A DNA stretch of 64,000 nucleotides from positions 80,850,001-80,914,000 of the forward strand of contig NC_087436.1 in NCBI RefSeq assembly GCF_036321535.1, given 5' to 3'. The position numbers were made by a program, and so were the translations under genes. This document shows positions 13,481 to 25,340 of this stretch, piece by piece. Within the stretch, counting starts at the first letter, position 1, and every line of letters begins with the position of its first letter. The DNA is from Camelus dromedarius (Eukaryota). The notes beneath the pieces are model-generated. The model did not search any database, had not been told where the DNA came from, and saw only the letters and a program-made list of their open reading frames with translations.

Positions 13481-13512
13481 GCGGGCGGGGGGGGGGGGGG
13501 TATGGTGGGGGG
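13481..13512 (+). repeat. Poly-G tract (G14 plus flanking G runs)
   Basis: gcgggc(g)14tatggt(g)6 read directly. Confidence 0.95.
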
Positions 13513-13759
13513 AGATTTCTCCTCCTAAATGATCAAGTTACCCCACAGTTGTCATGAAATCCAAATTCCCTTTAAAAGAAGGATGTTTGAGGCGGTCACA
13601 TTCTGTTTAACTTTCTTTTCTCTCACTTCAATAATTATTAATTAAATTTTGGGAAACCATCATTAGAGAAGCAGCATGCTAGGAGATAAAAAGCCTAGAG
13701 AATGGCTTCTCCAGGAGAAGCCAGCTTTATAAGGAAGGGAAATTTATTTTTGTCTCCTG

Positions 13760-14240
13760 CTGATAAAAGCAATTGTATTAATTGTGGAAAATTTTGTTGA
13801 TACCAGAATGTATAAAGAAAAATAACATGAGTTACCTCACTCTTTAGAAATAAATACTTCATCACTTTGATATGTATCTGCTCAGCCTTTTTCTATGTGC
13901 ATATGTCTTATACACTGAGATTATATTGTCTGTACAATTTTAAATTGTTGGCTTTCCACCAAATATGATATCATAAACATCTTCCCACATTATATATTTT
14001 AAGGAAACACAACTTTTAATCACTGAGGAATATTCTGGATAAACAGAGATCCCATAATTTAATTCCCCTATTGTTGGATATTTATGTTACTTCTAGGTTT
14101 TTTTTTTTTTTTGCTATTATAAATAACATTGCAATAAAAAATCGGGGGACATAAATATTTGCTTGAATTTTGTATTTTTTCCTTGAGACAGATTTTGGAC
14201 TAACTGGTTCAAGGAGTATGAATATTTTAAACCATTCTGG
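13760..14240 (-). mobile_element. Ancient L1ME-like 3' end
   Basis: 'cccctattgttggatattta...gctattataaataacattgcaat...actggttcaaggagtatgaatatttt' antisense L1ME 3' region. Confidence 0.7.
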
Positions 14241-14429
14241 TAAATATTTATTATTCAGACTTGACAGGCATTTATTTCAACTTTCTAGCTTGTCATTATG
14301 ATTTAGCATTTGTTATTAGAAGGATTTGTATGTCCCTAAATAATGTCACTAGGCTCCCATATATTAGGCACTTCATTGGTACTGTTCAGAGGCGCGTGTG
14401 CATGTATGTGAATGTGGATGAATGACTGA

Positions 14430-14540
14430 ACCGGTGTCTGTGAAATTTTTTCATGAAACATTAGTTCTGTGAGGTGTTAAAGAATGTGCTTAGGGGCAAA
14501 AAATGGTTTATGATCAGATGATAAGTGAACGCTGTTCTCA
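14430..14540. mobile_element. Possible hAT-Charlie MITE fragment (MER103-like)
   Basis: 'catgaaacattagttctgtgaggtgttaa...aaaaatggtttatgatcagatgataagt' resembles MER103C; degenerate. Confidence 0.35.
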
Positions 14541-17054
14541 ACACTGTGCACATTTCTCTCTGCCAAACCACTCACCCATGGCTAATACCAGTCCCGAATA
14601 AGCATCAGTGAATTTTTCGGAACTGAAACAGTCATATTCTCTGGTTTAATACCAGCAAACAACCATGCCACAGAACTGGCAACCTGAAATATTGGTCTTT
14701 CAAATAGGAAAACGTTTTCAGAGCCTATGGGAAGTCAGATGGCAGTTTTGATGCTCTCTGCCTCATCTGGTGTGGACAGAGATATGGAATGAAGATAAAT
14801 ATGTGTGAAGCCCACTGTCCCCTGTTCAGGTTGCAGAAGGGAATGGGGCCCACTGCGATGGACTGGACCCGGTCTCGAGGGCCTGGGGGCCCTTGTTGAG
14901 ATACAGAGGCTCTCAATGTGTCTTCTTCACATTGCGTCTCACGTCTTAGTTAGGAAAGAACCATGACTCCACCTAAGGTAGAACAGGAACTAATCAGTGG
15001 TTTCACAATTATGTTTTCTCACATACTAGAGGGATCTTCATCCTACGCAGTTAGGAGAAAAGGTCAAGTGTGCTTTCTGCTAATTAGAGAAGTTTTTGTC
15101 ATTTAGTAATATTCCTACCTCTTTTTGGTTCTCTGGAATGATGCAGTTGTACATATTTTGATGTGAGCATATGTAGGTCTCTTGTAGTTCATGGTTAGAA
15201 AAAGTGGCTGTTGGCAGCTATGATATTCTTATTTCTTTCCTCAGGGGACCAGTTGGATGCACTTTTCTTAGTTATTTACAAAATCTTTACATCGATGTTC
15301 TCTGCCAAGAAATGAAGGACATAATTATTTACCAAGAGAATGTATTAAATACTTGGGACACATTTTGTTTTAAACTTCCTCAAAAGATGATTATTTATTA
15401 GATAGTTTAATATATAAACACCCATTATAGAAAACACCATAAAATTAATCAGATGTTTGGTTTAACCAGCAATACCCCTTACTTATTTAAAATATTCTTA
15501 CATTAGCTATAGAACCTGAAAAAAAATTTTTTTGCATTGCCAAATTAATTTATAGGAAGTTCAAGCATCAGGCAATAACAAGGAGGTAAATAGATGTGCC
15601 ATAAAAAGAAGACTATAGTAGAGGTAGTGGAAGGCTCTCAAAGAAAAAATATAGGAAAGGGAATTATGCTCAATAATTTAGAAGGTTCTTCTCTTTACTG
15701 GAGTGAGATTCATTTTCCCTTTAATTCTCACTCTTTGATCCTAGCCCTGTTCTTTGGAGCTACGTAGAATAGGTTTAATTTATCTCTTAGTAAAAGCCCT
15801 TCATCAATTCAAGATTAGCTATTATTTCCAAGATTTTATAGTGTTGTCCATTCATATTTGGATTCACATAGTTCTTCTAATATCATGTACACACACACAC
15901 ACACACGTATATAAAATTTGGCATGTATCTTTGTATTTATATGCACTTACAGCATTGCATGTTATTAGACAATGTTGTCATTTTTAGGTAATTGTTCCTG
16001 GAAATAATTTCTGTCCTTTGGTCAAATCTTCCCTTTCCTCTTTTGGCCCTTCTCAATAATTAGGAGGACATAGATGTAGTCACAGTTTTCCACCCACTGC
16101 TGAGAGTCAAGGTGGAGTTATAGGAGTCTGGAATAGAAATTATCCTAAAGGCCCTTTTTCTCTGATGGCCCCCAGAAGCCAAACTGTTAATCCTCCTCCT
16201 CAGACCTGACAGACTTCTTAACTCATGACGTCTTCTTTTGGTATTTGAAGACTGGCAGGACCCAACACCATCATCTCCTCCCTTGGGTTTACCTATTTTT
16301 AGAAATGTCTGAATACCCAGCTTAGAGATAAATTGCAAGACACACCTCTTCGCAAATCCTTCTGCACACGTGGACAATTCAGTTCCCAGAGACTCAGGTA
16401 ATATTTATTGATTATTTGTGGGAAGCCCAGCTCGATCAAATAGGGATCAACTCTCCTCTCCTCCACCCACTGCTCCTATTTGGTTGTGCTAAATCCATTC
16501 ACAGTTTTCAGACGTTTCTGGATTTCATAAGACTTCAACTGGTGCTCATTTTTAAAACAGATAGTTTTTTAAGAAAATTTAAGTTCCTAATGACTTTTTG
16601 AACTTAAATAATACATATAAGGCACAGGGATTGTTTTTGAATAATTTATGTAGTAATATTCAAAAGGAAGAGCTCATTTGCATCAGAAGTGGAGGTCAGT
16701 GATAGCTCAAACACCTGTGAATTTAAAAATTATTATTACTGAGAGAAGACACATTTACATTCTGAGAAATGGACCTTAGAGAATCAAGGTGTTTTGGGTT
16801 GATTTTATATGACTGCTACTATCACTGTCATTTTTAAGTTACTCTTATGTACAAAATATTGGGAAGGCTGAATATGTACCCCAACTTAAAAGAAAAATGA
16901 TACTTATATAAGATGTAGCAACCTTGTAGCCTCAATGGCAACTTCCTTACTAACTCTTAGATATATGGTATTTAGTGGTAAGCTAATTCTCCTCACTCAT
17001 GGGAACCTGGTCCTGCTCCTTTCCTGCTCCTGTAAGTCTGTGAGTCATGGGAAA

Positions 17055-17290
17055 GGCTGTATTGAAAAGCGGTTAAGATCACAGACCATGGAGCCAGACT
17101 GCTTGGATTCAAATTCTGGTTCAGTCACTCATTAGTTTCAAGTCTTTGGACAAATAACTTAGCCTCACATTCATCTAAAAAATAATGCTAATAATAGTCT
17201 CTATCTCACAGGATTTTGTTATGGGAAGTTGAAGCTTTGACATTTAAAATTACTTGTAATATTGCCTGTGGTTTGTAGACATTTACAAAA
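17055..17290 (+). mobile_element. MIR SINE
   Basis: 'gcggttaagatcacagaccatggagccagactgcttggattcaaattctgg...ctatctcacagga' near full-length MIR. Confidence 0.85.
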
Positions 17291-17919
17291 TAAAATAAAA
17301 TGAGAAACCCATGAGAAACTTCTCTGTATGAAAAAGCTTTGAGTGTGATGCCCTGATGCTTCTACATGCTGTCATAAAGACTTTTTCTCTAGTTTTGAAT
17401 TTAAGTTGGCAAGTGTGATTTTGTATTATAACTTAACTCTGTTCCACTGGGTGTAAGGAAAAGCTATTGGAGACCTCGTATACTTAGCATTTTCTACGTA
17501 AAACATTGCCTTTAAATTATATTGACTGTCTCCCAAAGATACATGCACTGTGAGCAGTTGTCCATAGTAGTAATGATCTAAGTCTCTTTATCACTACTTT
17601 GCAAATAAGAATTTTTTTTTCTTTTTCAGAAGTTCTAAAGAGCCCCACCAAGAATTAAGCGTATTTTATCAGCCTTAAAAAACACTACATTCGAGAGAAA
17701 TGAGTGAGGTCAGAGAGGAACAAAAAGAAAAGAAAGGAGCACAACAAAATAACTTCACTTATACCAAAAATAAAACAAACAAGAGATCAGTAAATTCAAT
17801 TCATTAGACTTCATTGTGTTTCTGCTCTTCACAATGACCATACGAGCAATGGGATATGTAATAATTAAGAAATAAACTAACAAGAATAAATAGAGTATAG
17901 TTCTGGCTCTGAAAAAAAA

Positions 17920-18355
17920 AATCTAATGTAGTCAAGGAGGCTGGCACACAAAAGTAATAGTGTCCTGTGATACATGCTGGAATAAAGCTGCATACCAGGG
18001 ACGAGGAGAATACGATGAACCGAGCTAGGCTTTACAGGGGAGGCAGTATTTGAGCCAAGCCTCACAAGGGATGATGTATATCAACAATAGGAAGAAAAAG
18101 AGAAGGAGACGTATGAAGGATAGAGATACAAAAAGTACTGGACATTTGTGAATGAGGATTGAGTTAGTTTTTAGGGAAGGCAGAGACTGGGAGGGTAATT
18201 GAATATGTGGCTGGTAAAGTAAGAAGGGGTTAGGGTATGATCACATATTGCCATACCAAAGAGCTTGAAACTTATCCCAGAGACAGTGGGAAGGCCCCAG
18301 AACTTTCTTATCATGCAATAACTTATGTAATAGAAAGAGATCTCTAGTTGTAGAG
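17920..18355 (-). mobile_element. L2 fragment
   Basis: 'ggggaggcagtatttgagccaagcct...gccataccaaagagcttgaaacttatccc...gtgggaagg' antisense L2. Confidence 0.6.
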
Positions 18356-19288
18356 AATTAACTGGCATTTTCCCTATAATGCCGCTCCACTATTTAAGGT
18401 ATCCATGCTTGTTTCAGCAAAATCTTTTCTGTATTTAAACTGCCAAAGATAATAATAGGGTGTTTTTTGCAGGTAGCATTTGAAAAGGTCACTTAAGATC
18501 ATTTTAACATGTGTAAATATAGATTATTTTTCTCTGCTCAATACTAAGAAAAATTATGTTGGTAGTTTTCTAATTTAAAAGGGTATGCTAATTAAATAAG
18601 TTCAGATACATTCAAGGAAATTTGCTACTTTTTAAGCTTAAAACATATACTTTTTTTTTTCCCTAGAAGAAAATCTCTTAGAACTCTAACACAAGAAAAA
18701 TGGTAATTTATCTCATTCCTACTGACTGTTGCTCTAACATCCTGACACTTCTGCTTGTATCATTTGTTTTTAGCAATCCATGGTCAATAACAATCCTAGA
18801 AACTTCCTTTCCAAGATGAAGTTACAAGTTTTGACTCATTTCAAGAGTAAGTAGATAGGGAGTTAGACTTCTGTTTTCATCCTGTCTCCATTTTCCCGAG
18901 TTATACTTATGGTAAATCATTAAGTCCTTAGTTATATACTTTATTGCACCCTAAGAAACTCTCCATAGCTATGCAATAGAGCTCACACCTAATTTGAGGT
19001 CTTTTTCTGATCTACCTATGACCCTCATTTGATGATGCTTATGTCATCATTTTAAGGCAGTTCCAAAGCAATCTAGAAGCCACTGATCCTCTTAGAAGAT
19101 ATCACCTGAAAAACTAGAGTTCATAGAGCATTTTTTTAAAAGAATAGTTGTGCTATATGTGGACTTCTGATAATTATAGACCATCAGGGTGTCATATTCA
19201 AGGTTGAGCAAATATCTCATTATTTGAATTCACAATCTGACTCAGAATAAATGCAAAAGGTAGGGAATTACTCCCTCCCCTCCCCCCA

Positions 19289-20280
19289 ATTTTTTGAACA
19301 ACTTTCTCAGGATATAATTTACATACACAATAAGATCCACTAATTTTAAGTTCATGGTTAGATGAGCTGAAAAATGCATATACTTTTGTAACCACCCCCA
19401 AAATCAACCTGGAGAACATTTACATCATCCCAAAGCATTCTTTTGTGTACCTGTTCAATTATACTTTTACTTTCAGCTCTAGTCAACCACTAACTAATCA
19501 TAGTTTTGCCTTTTCTGGAATTGCATTTAAATGGAACCATAAAATGCACACTCTTTTCTGTCTAGCTTCTTTTACTCAGCATATTTTTGAGATTCATTCA
19601 TTTGTGACTCAATAGCTGTTCCTATTTATTGTTGAGAAGCATTCAATTTTGTGATATACCAAAACGTATCTATTCATTCATTGATAGACATTTGGGTTAT
19701 TTCAAGTTTACCATACAACTAAACCTGCTATAAGATATGCACATATGATTCTTTGTGTGGGCACAAGGTTTCATTTGTCTTGAGTGAATACCGGGTAGTA
19801 GCAGGTATTCATCTGTATCATCTGATAAGTGTTTGTTTAATTTTGTGAAAACACTGCCAAATTATTTTCTAAAGTAGTTATACCATTTTATGCTTTCAGA
19901 AAAGTGTGAGAGTCCCAGTTGCTCCATATCCTTCACAATATTTGCAATTGTGAATATTTTTAACATTAGTTATTCTAACATGTAGTAATATCTTATTGTG
20001 TTATTTATTTTACTGACATATACTTGATTTACAATATTGTATTAGTTTCAGGTGTACAGCAAAGTAATTTGGTTGTACATATATACATGTATATATTTAG
20101 ATTCTTTTAAAAATTCTTTTCCATTATAGTTTATTACAAGATATTAAACATAGTTCCCTGTGCGCGACAGTAAATCCTTGTTGTTTCTAATTATGGTTTT
20201 TTAATTTGCACTTCTCTGAAAGCAAATATTATTGAGCATGTTTTCAAATGCTTACTGATCATCTATAATTGCCTTTTCAG
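19289..20280 (-). mobile_element. L1MB/L1MC-type 3' end, interrupted by a younger L1
   Basis: 'aactttctcaggatataatttacatac...gtaaccaccccc...gagaacattt', continuing after 20188 with 'ggttttttaatttgcacttctctga...ttgagcat'. Confidence 0.8.
20001..20188 (-). mobile_element. Short artiodactyl-type L1 3' end inserted in the older L1
   Basis: 'ttgatttacaatattgtattagtttcaggtgtacagcaaagt...acaagatattaaacatagttccctgtgc' similar to 8472-8640. Confidence 0.85.
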
Positions 20281-20329
20281 TTAGGTAGTTTTTCTTTATA
20301 TATATAAATATATTTTTTCTTGCTAATAT

Positions 20330-21140
20330 ACTGAACTACATCCATTGATTTTTCAGTATTAAGCCACACTTACATTCCTGGGATGATTCCAATTTAGTTA
20401 TGACTTTATCCTTTTAAATTATTTTAATTTTATTTGTATACATTTTTAAAAGACTTTTCATCTATGTTTATGAGAAGTAATCTGAAGTTTTCCTTCCTTG
20501 TAATATCTTTTTCTGATTTTTTTATTATAGTAATTCTGACTTTTGAGTTTAGAACAGCTTTTAATCTACGCCTAGTTTAGACCTACTACTAAGGCGTTTT
20601 CCTTCTAGAGGTTCTTCTGAATACCCACAGGTCCAAGAAGGACTCTCTTTGGCTAGTATGGACTCAGATGTCTTCCAGGCCCACTGAGCTCTTGTTCAGA
20701 TCTCAGCTCCCAGGTTGCTCTTTGTCCTGCCTTATGGGAATCTACACTGTGCATCATGACTTTGTATTCAGCAAGGCCTCTCTGTGTATTTCTGGAGCTC
20801 CAGCACTGTAGTGCTTTCCTCTCTAGATCTCTGCCCTTCAAAGTCCAGTCACCCAGCTCACACATTCAGATCTGGCTTCTTAACTCAGTGAGATATCTGT
20901 GTTTTACTCAGGATACCCTTCTCCACGCCATGCCCTGGATAGTGTCTCCAGGTAGAAAGTCGGGAGAGTTGTAGGGACCACCCCATTCATTTACCTTTCT
21001 TCAGGGGTCAGCATCCTATGCTGCCTGTTGTCTGATGCCTGAACACACTCTTTGAATGTGCTTTGTCCAATTTCCTGGTTGTTTACTTGTTGGGGTGAGT
21101 CCATTTCCCTTTACTCTATCATAGTCAGGGGCAGAAATCC
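20330..21140 (-). mobile_element. Ancient L1M ORF2 scrap plus L1ME-type 5' region
   Basis: 'cttacattcctgggatga...' (ORF2), then 'ctccaggtagaaagtcggg...ctgcctgttgtctgatgcctgaa...ggcagaaatcc' resembling L1ME 5' ends. Confidence 0.6.
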
Positions 21141-22099
21141 AGTGCCCTACTTTTTGTTGTTGTTTGAAACCAATTGAGTTAAGCACAGTGTCTGATCCTG
21201 CACTCTGGATGGAGTGAAGGAAACACTGCATGAATGAATAAAGCACTGGGTATTTTTTCTAATTGAGGAGCAATATGTGCCTTCTTATTTGAAAGAGGCC
21301 ATAAATAGGCATTCATGCATCAATTGAACAGTCACTGAATTCAAAACCAGTTTGGTCAAATGACAAGGCTTAGAAACATGAATGAGATCCCTTATAGAAC
21401 TGGCTATTTGTTTATTTAAAGATCCAGATACTTTTTTTACAGAATGACAAAAGAGTTTTGGGCTCATACATATTTTAAAAATCTAGTTAGCTTTATTTGA
21501 ACACCATTTTTTTCCACCTTCAGAAATAGTACATAAATAAAAAGCAGGAAAATTCCTAATGTATTTGTGTTTATGCAACACAATTTTACATAATTTTACG
21601 GTAAGCCTAAGTTAGGAGTGGGGAGAACTGAGGTCCGTATGCTATAAAAGAGGAATCCTGCCACAATATTTTATGGACTCAGAATAGCAGTATTTTCATA
21701 GATTCAATCGGATATTATAAAGGTGACACTAATGGTCAATATGATGAAGGCACCTATTTTACAATCATGATCTTGAATTATGATTAGAATTTGTACTACT
21801 TATTCATACCAGTTTATCTATTCCCTTTCATAACTAATAATCAGCAATTATAGAATGATAGCTTGAAGTTGGAGTTAACACTTACCTATAAACTACTGAA
21901 GTAAACTGGTCTTTCAGGGAGTCAGACTATTGATTTTGGCCTCTGATCAACAGAGTGTACCAACCACTCGGTATTTTATGTATTACTGACATTGAGGTAT
22001 ACTGAGAATGTAGTTTGAAAACTGTTAATGTGATTTTTCTTTTGCCTTTTTGAATATAAGACCTTTGCCCTTTTCCCCCAGGGGCAGACATTGTCTGGG

Positions 22100-23290
22100 A
22101 CTGTATTAGGAACAAACAGTATGGAATACAAAGAGAAAGACCTAGTTAATATTCACCTTCTGATATGCATACTAAAAAAAACATGCCACCTGTTAGTCTT
22201 TCAGATCTTACCATAGCCTTGAAAAGGAGTTTTCCAAATTCCTTTATCCCCTCATTCAGCAAATTAAGATGAGGTTTGCAGGAATATTCACAGTTTTCTC
22301 CAACAGAGTAAAGAATACACTCCTTTCTACTAGGACAGGCCTTTTCTGGTAGAAGAAAGACATGATATAAGAGAAATAAAAGAAAGCTCTCTCTCCTCAA
22401 GGCTGGCCCAGGTATTTGCATGAAGAAGGTTGGAAAGAAAAGGAGATACCAAAGCATTTAGATGTGTGTGTCCCAGCTTCCTTTTGGGGCTTTGGTTGAG
22501 GTTAAACTCAGGGACTTACTAAATTTAGGGGCTCAAGAAAGTTAGGGCTCTTGATCTAGTTTGGGTCTCTGGGAGGAGGCTACACATATCAAAGCTGGTG
22601 TGTACCGCTGATCAGATAAGTACTTTGAAGTTTACAAAATTGGGGCTGAGAATCAGGACTATCGAAGGAGGCAAGATGACCCCAACAGCACAGGATGGAG
22701 TGGACAACTCAGCCTGGGATCAGGTGGAGGAGGAGCTGTAGACTCAGAAGTTGCAGGCATCAAGAACTAAAAGCAGACTGAGTTGGTAATGGTTAGATGG
22801 TTGAGGTTCCCTGTGAGTGCTTCTAGAGCCAAAGCACTGAATCATGACTTACTGACTCTAAACTGCAGCAAAGGAGGCCAGCAGGGCTCATAGCAGCAAG
22901 GTGAACCAAGGTCATAGCCCTTAGAGCAGTGGACAGCAGGGAACACACATCTGAGGATTAGCATGAAGTCATTTCTGCCATTGTGGTGGGAACCACAATG
23001 CACCCAAGGACATCTGTGCTCTGCACTCTATCCTCCTTTACTCGTGTAGATTCTTTATGGAGGAAGTGAGAAGGAGGAAGAGGATGTTAGAGACACTGAG
23101 AATTTTTATCCAGAGACAGTGAACCCAATACAATTTAATCCTTATTCTGTAGCTTTAACCAGGATGGAGAATTAATCCATTTTTGCCCTCACTCACTAGG
23201 TGGTCAACCACAGGGATTATTTGTGGATAGAAATTTGTTAAAATTAAAAGGTTTCAATTCCTCTGCATGTTTAACCTGAATTTTAAAAAA
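22100..23290 (+). mobile_element. Probable ancient LTR (MamGypLTR-like)
   Basis: 'agaaagacctagttaatattc' near start, purine-rich body, and 'attaaaaggtttcaattcctctgcatg' near end recall MamGypLTR; degenerate. Confidence 0.4.
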
Positions 23291-23984
23291 ATCCCTTAAA
23301 TTAATGGTTTGTAATTTTAATGTAAATGTTAGACAAATTATATTCATCTATCTGAGCTAGTTTCATTAAAGATGGAAATCTACATTGTACAAAGTTCTAT
23401 TTGAAGTACTGTGACAGGCTCAGCACACACATGCATGAGTGCTGTCATTTTCTGCCTCTCCACTACCTCCTGTTTCTTTCATTCCCCAGTCATACCCGCC
23501 ACACTATCACTAATTAGTCAAAAAATTGTTTTTGTTTTTGTTGTTTTTTTCACTGTGGCAGGAAACAGGCTGTACAAGTTTTTCAACATGGTACTCTAGG
23601 CAGCAGCTACTAATTGCTCAAAATTGGTAGAGCAGAGGAAATTTATTTTGCATCTGTATACAATGAGGAACCCAAAAATATTTAAGATGTGGTCTCTGTC
23701 TTCAAGTGAGTAATCAAAAAGATATATTATGTGTAGAAGTTGACTAGTAAACTAGGTAGCATATGATGCAGGATGTGTAAGTGTGGAGTAAACGAATGCT
23801 ACAGGATTTCACACAAGAAACCGAAAACTGGAACCTGGGAGCATTAGAGACATGTTTGTTAGAAATGTGGTTCCTCAGGTACACTGTAAAAGCAATTCAG
23901 AGAGGTAGAGAAGATAAGGGAGGAAATTCACTGATACTGTGAGTGGCCTTCAAATTCCCAAGTACACTGGAATAAGCCAAGTAT

Positions 23985-24200
23985 CCATTGTAAAGAACAT
24001 GTAAAAATTTGCGTTCCAGACCTTACTGTACCATTTACCAACTGTGTGAACTTGAACGAGTGAGCTGGAGTCTCTGAATCCATTTCCTCATCTGTGACAA
24101 TGTGGATGATAATAACCAAATATTAGTATTTTTGAGATTAAATGAAATAACTGAGAATGCATTGAGTTCAGTACCTAGTGAATAGTTCAACAATGTAATT
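23985..24200 (+). mobile_element. MIR SINE
   Basis: 'ctgtgtgaacttgaacgagt...tttcctcatctgtgacaatg...gagattaaatgaaataa'. Confidence 0.8.
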
Positions 24201-25340
24201 TAACTCTATTTCCTTCCCGTCCATCATGGCCTTTCATTTCCTTTGACTCGGCAAGTTCCTCTTACGGAAGGTTTTATTCCACATAGAGTCTTCCTATTCC
24301 ATTATTTCTTTGTATGACACCCTTCTGATTCCTATTTTGTTAAAAATACAGAAAGGGTCATTTAAAATAAATGCTTCTAAAAGAAACTGCAAAACCAAGA
24401 CTCTAACTGCCACAGATATAAATAAATATAATATTCACAAACTCTACCTTAAAACCCAAATACAATATGCTTTTTCATAAGTAGAATAATTTAAATGATT
24501 GCATGTATTAAAGACTTTGTGTTAAGGACATTATTTTTTCTTATCATTTGTGAATATAGTTATTATATTTTGTTGGCTATTTTCAGTTCAAACTGCACCA
24601 TGTGATGTATGGGGGTTTAGATACGGGGTAATTTAGCCATGCAGCTCTTGTCATTACACTGGCAGGACAGAAACCTGAGCTCAGCTGTTCTGGTGTTTGC
24701 TTTATTTCTTCCTAACCCTCCGGCTAAAGTGGAATGGGGAATTTAAGCACATGTGGAATAAATGAATTTGTTGAGCGCAGATTATAATTAATTAGATGAT
24801 GTAATTCCACATTATTGAATTTTCTGCTGGAAATAATCCACCTGCATCCTGAACACCTGTATGGCAATCCTTAAATGGTAAAATCATGTTTGCTGTGTGT
24901 TTTGAAGAATAGTCACAGAATTTGGTGGCTTGCCAAGAAATCAGTTTATAGCTAAATAGGTGTTATGTTCAGATTAAGTTATGGATTGGCAAGGAGAGAC
25001 CTTCTGTCTCTGTCTCTGTCTTTCTCATCTTTATCACTACCTTTATCTCTCTTATCTCCTTGTCTCTTTCTGTGTCTCTAATCCCTGCCAAAGATACAGA
25101 ACCTAAAGGAAATGAGATGGCTACACAGAGCAAAAACAAATGTAATGTTTTTAGTGAAAGTTTCTCTTTCCTCTGGACTCTGCTTTTCTTACATTCCTGG
25201 GCTGCTGGGATCCAGCTAGGCTTGGGAAAGAGGCTGAATTCCTGCTACTTTCTTGCTCTTTTCTACTTAAGTTTACATCTTGTTATTGACAGAAGTAATC
25301 TGTGTGCTTCTGTTTAAAGTATTATTTAAATATGTCAGGC

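Noticed and set aside
23411..23448. Possible miRNA-like hairpin
   Set aside because: Stem is too short and interrupted; no known mature miRNA recognised
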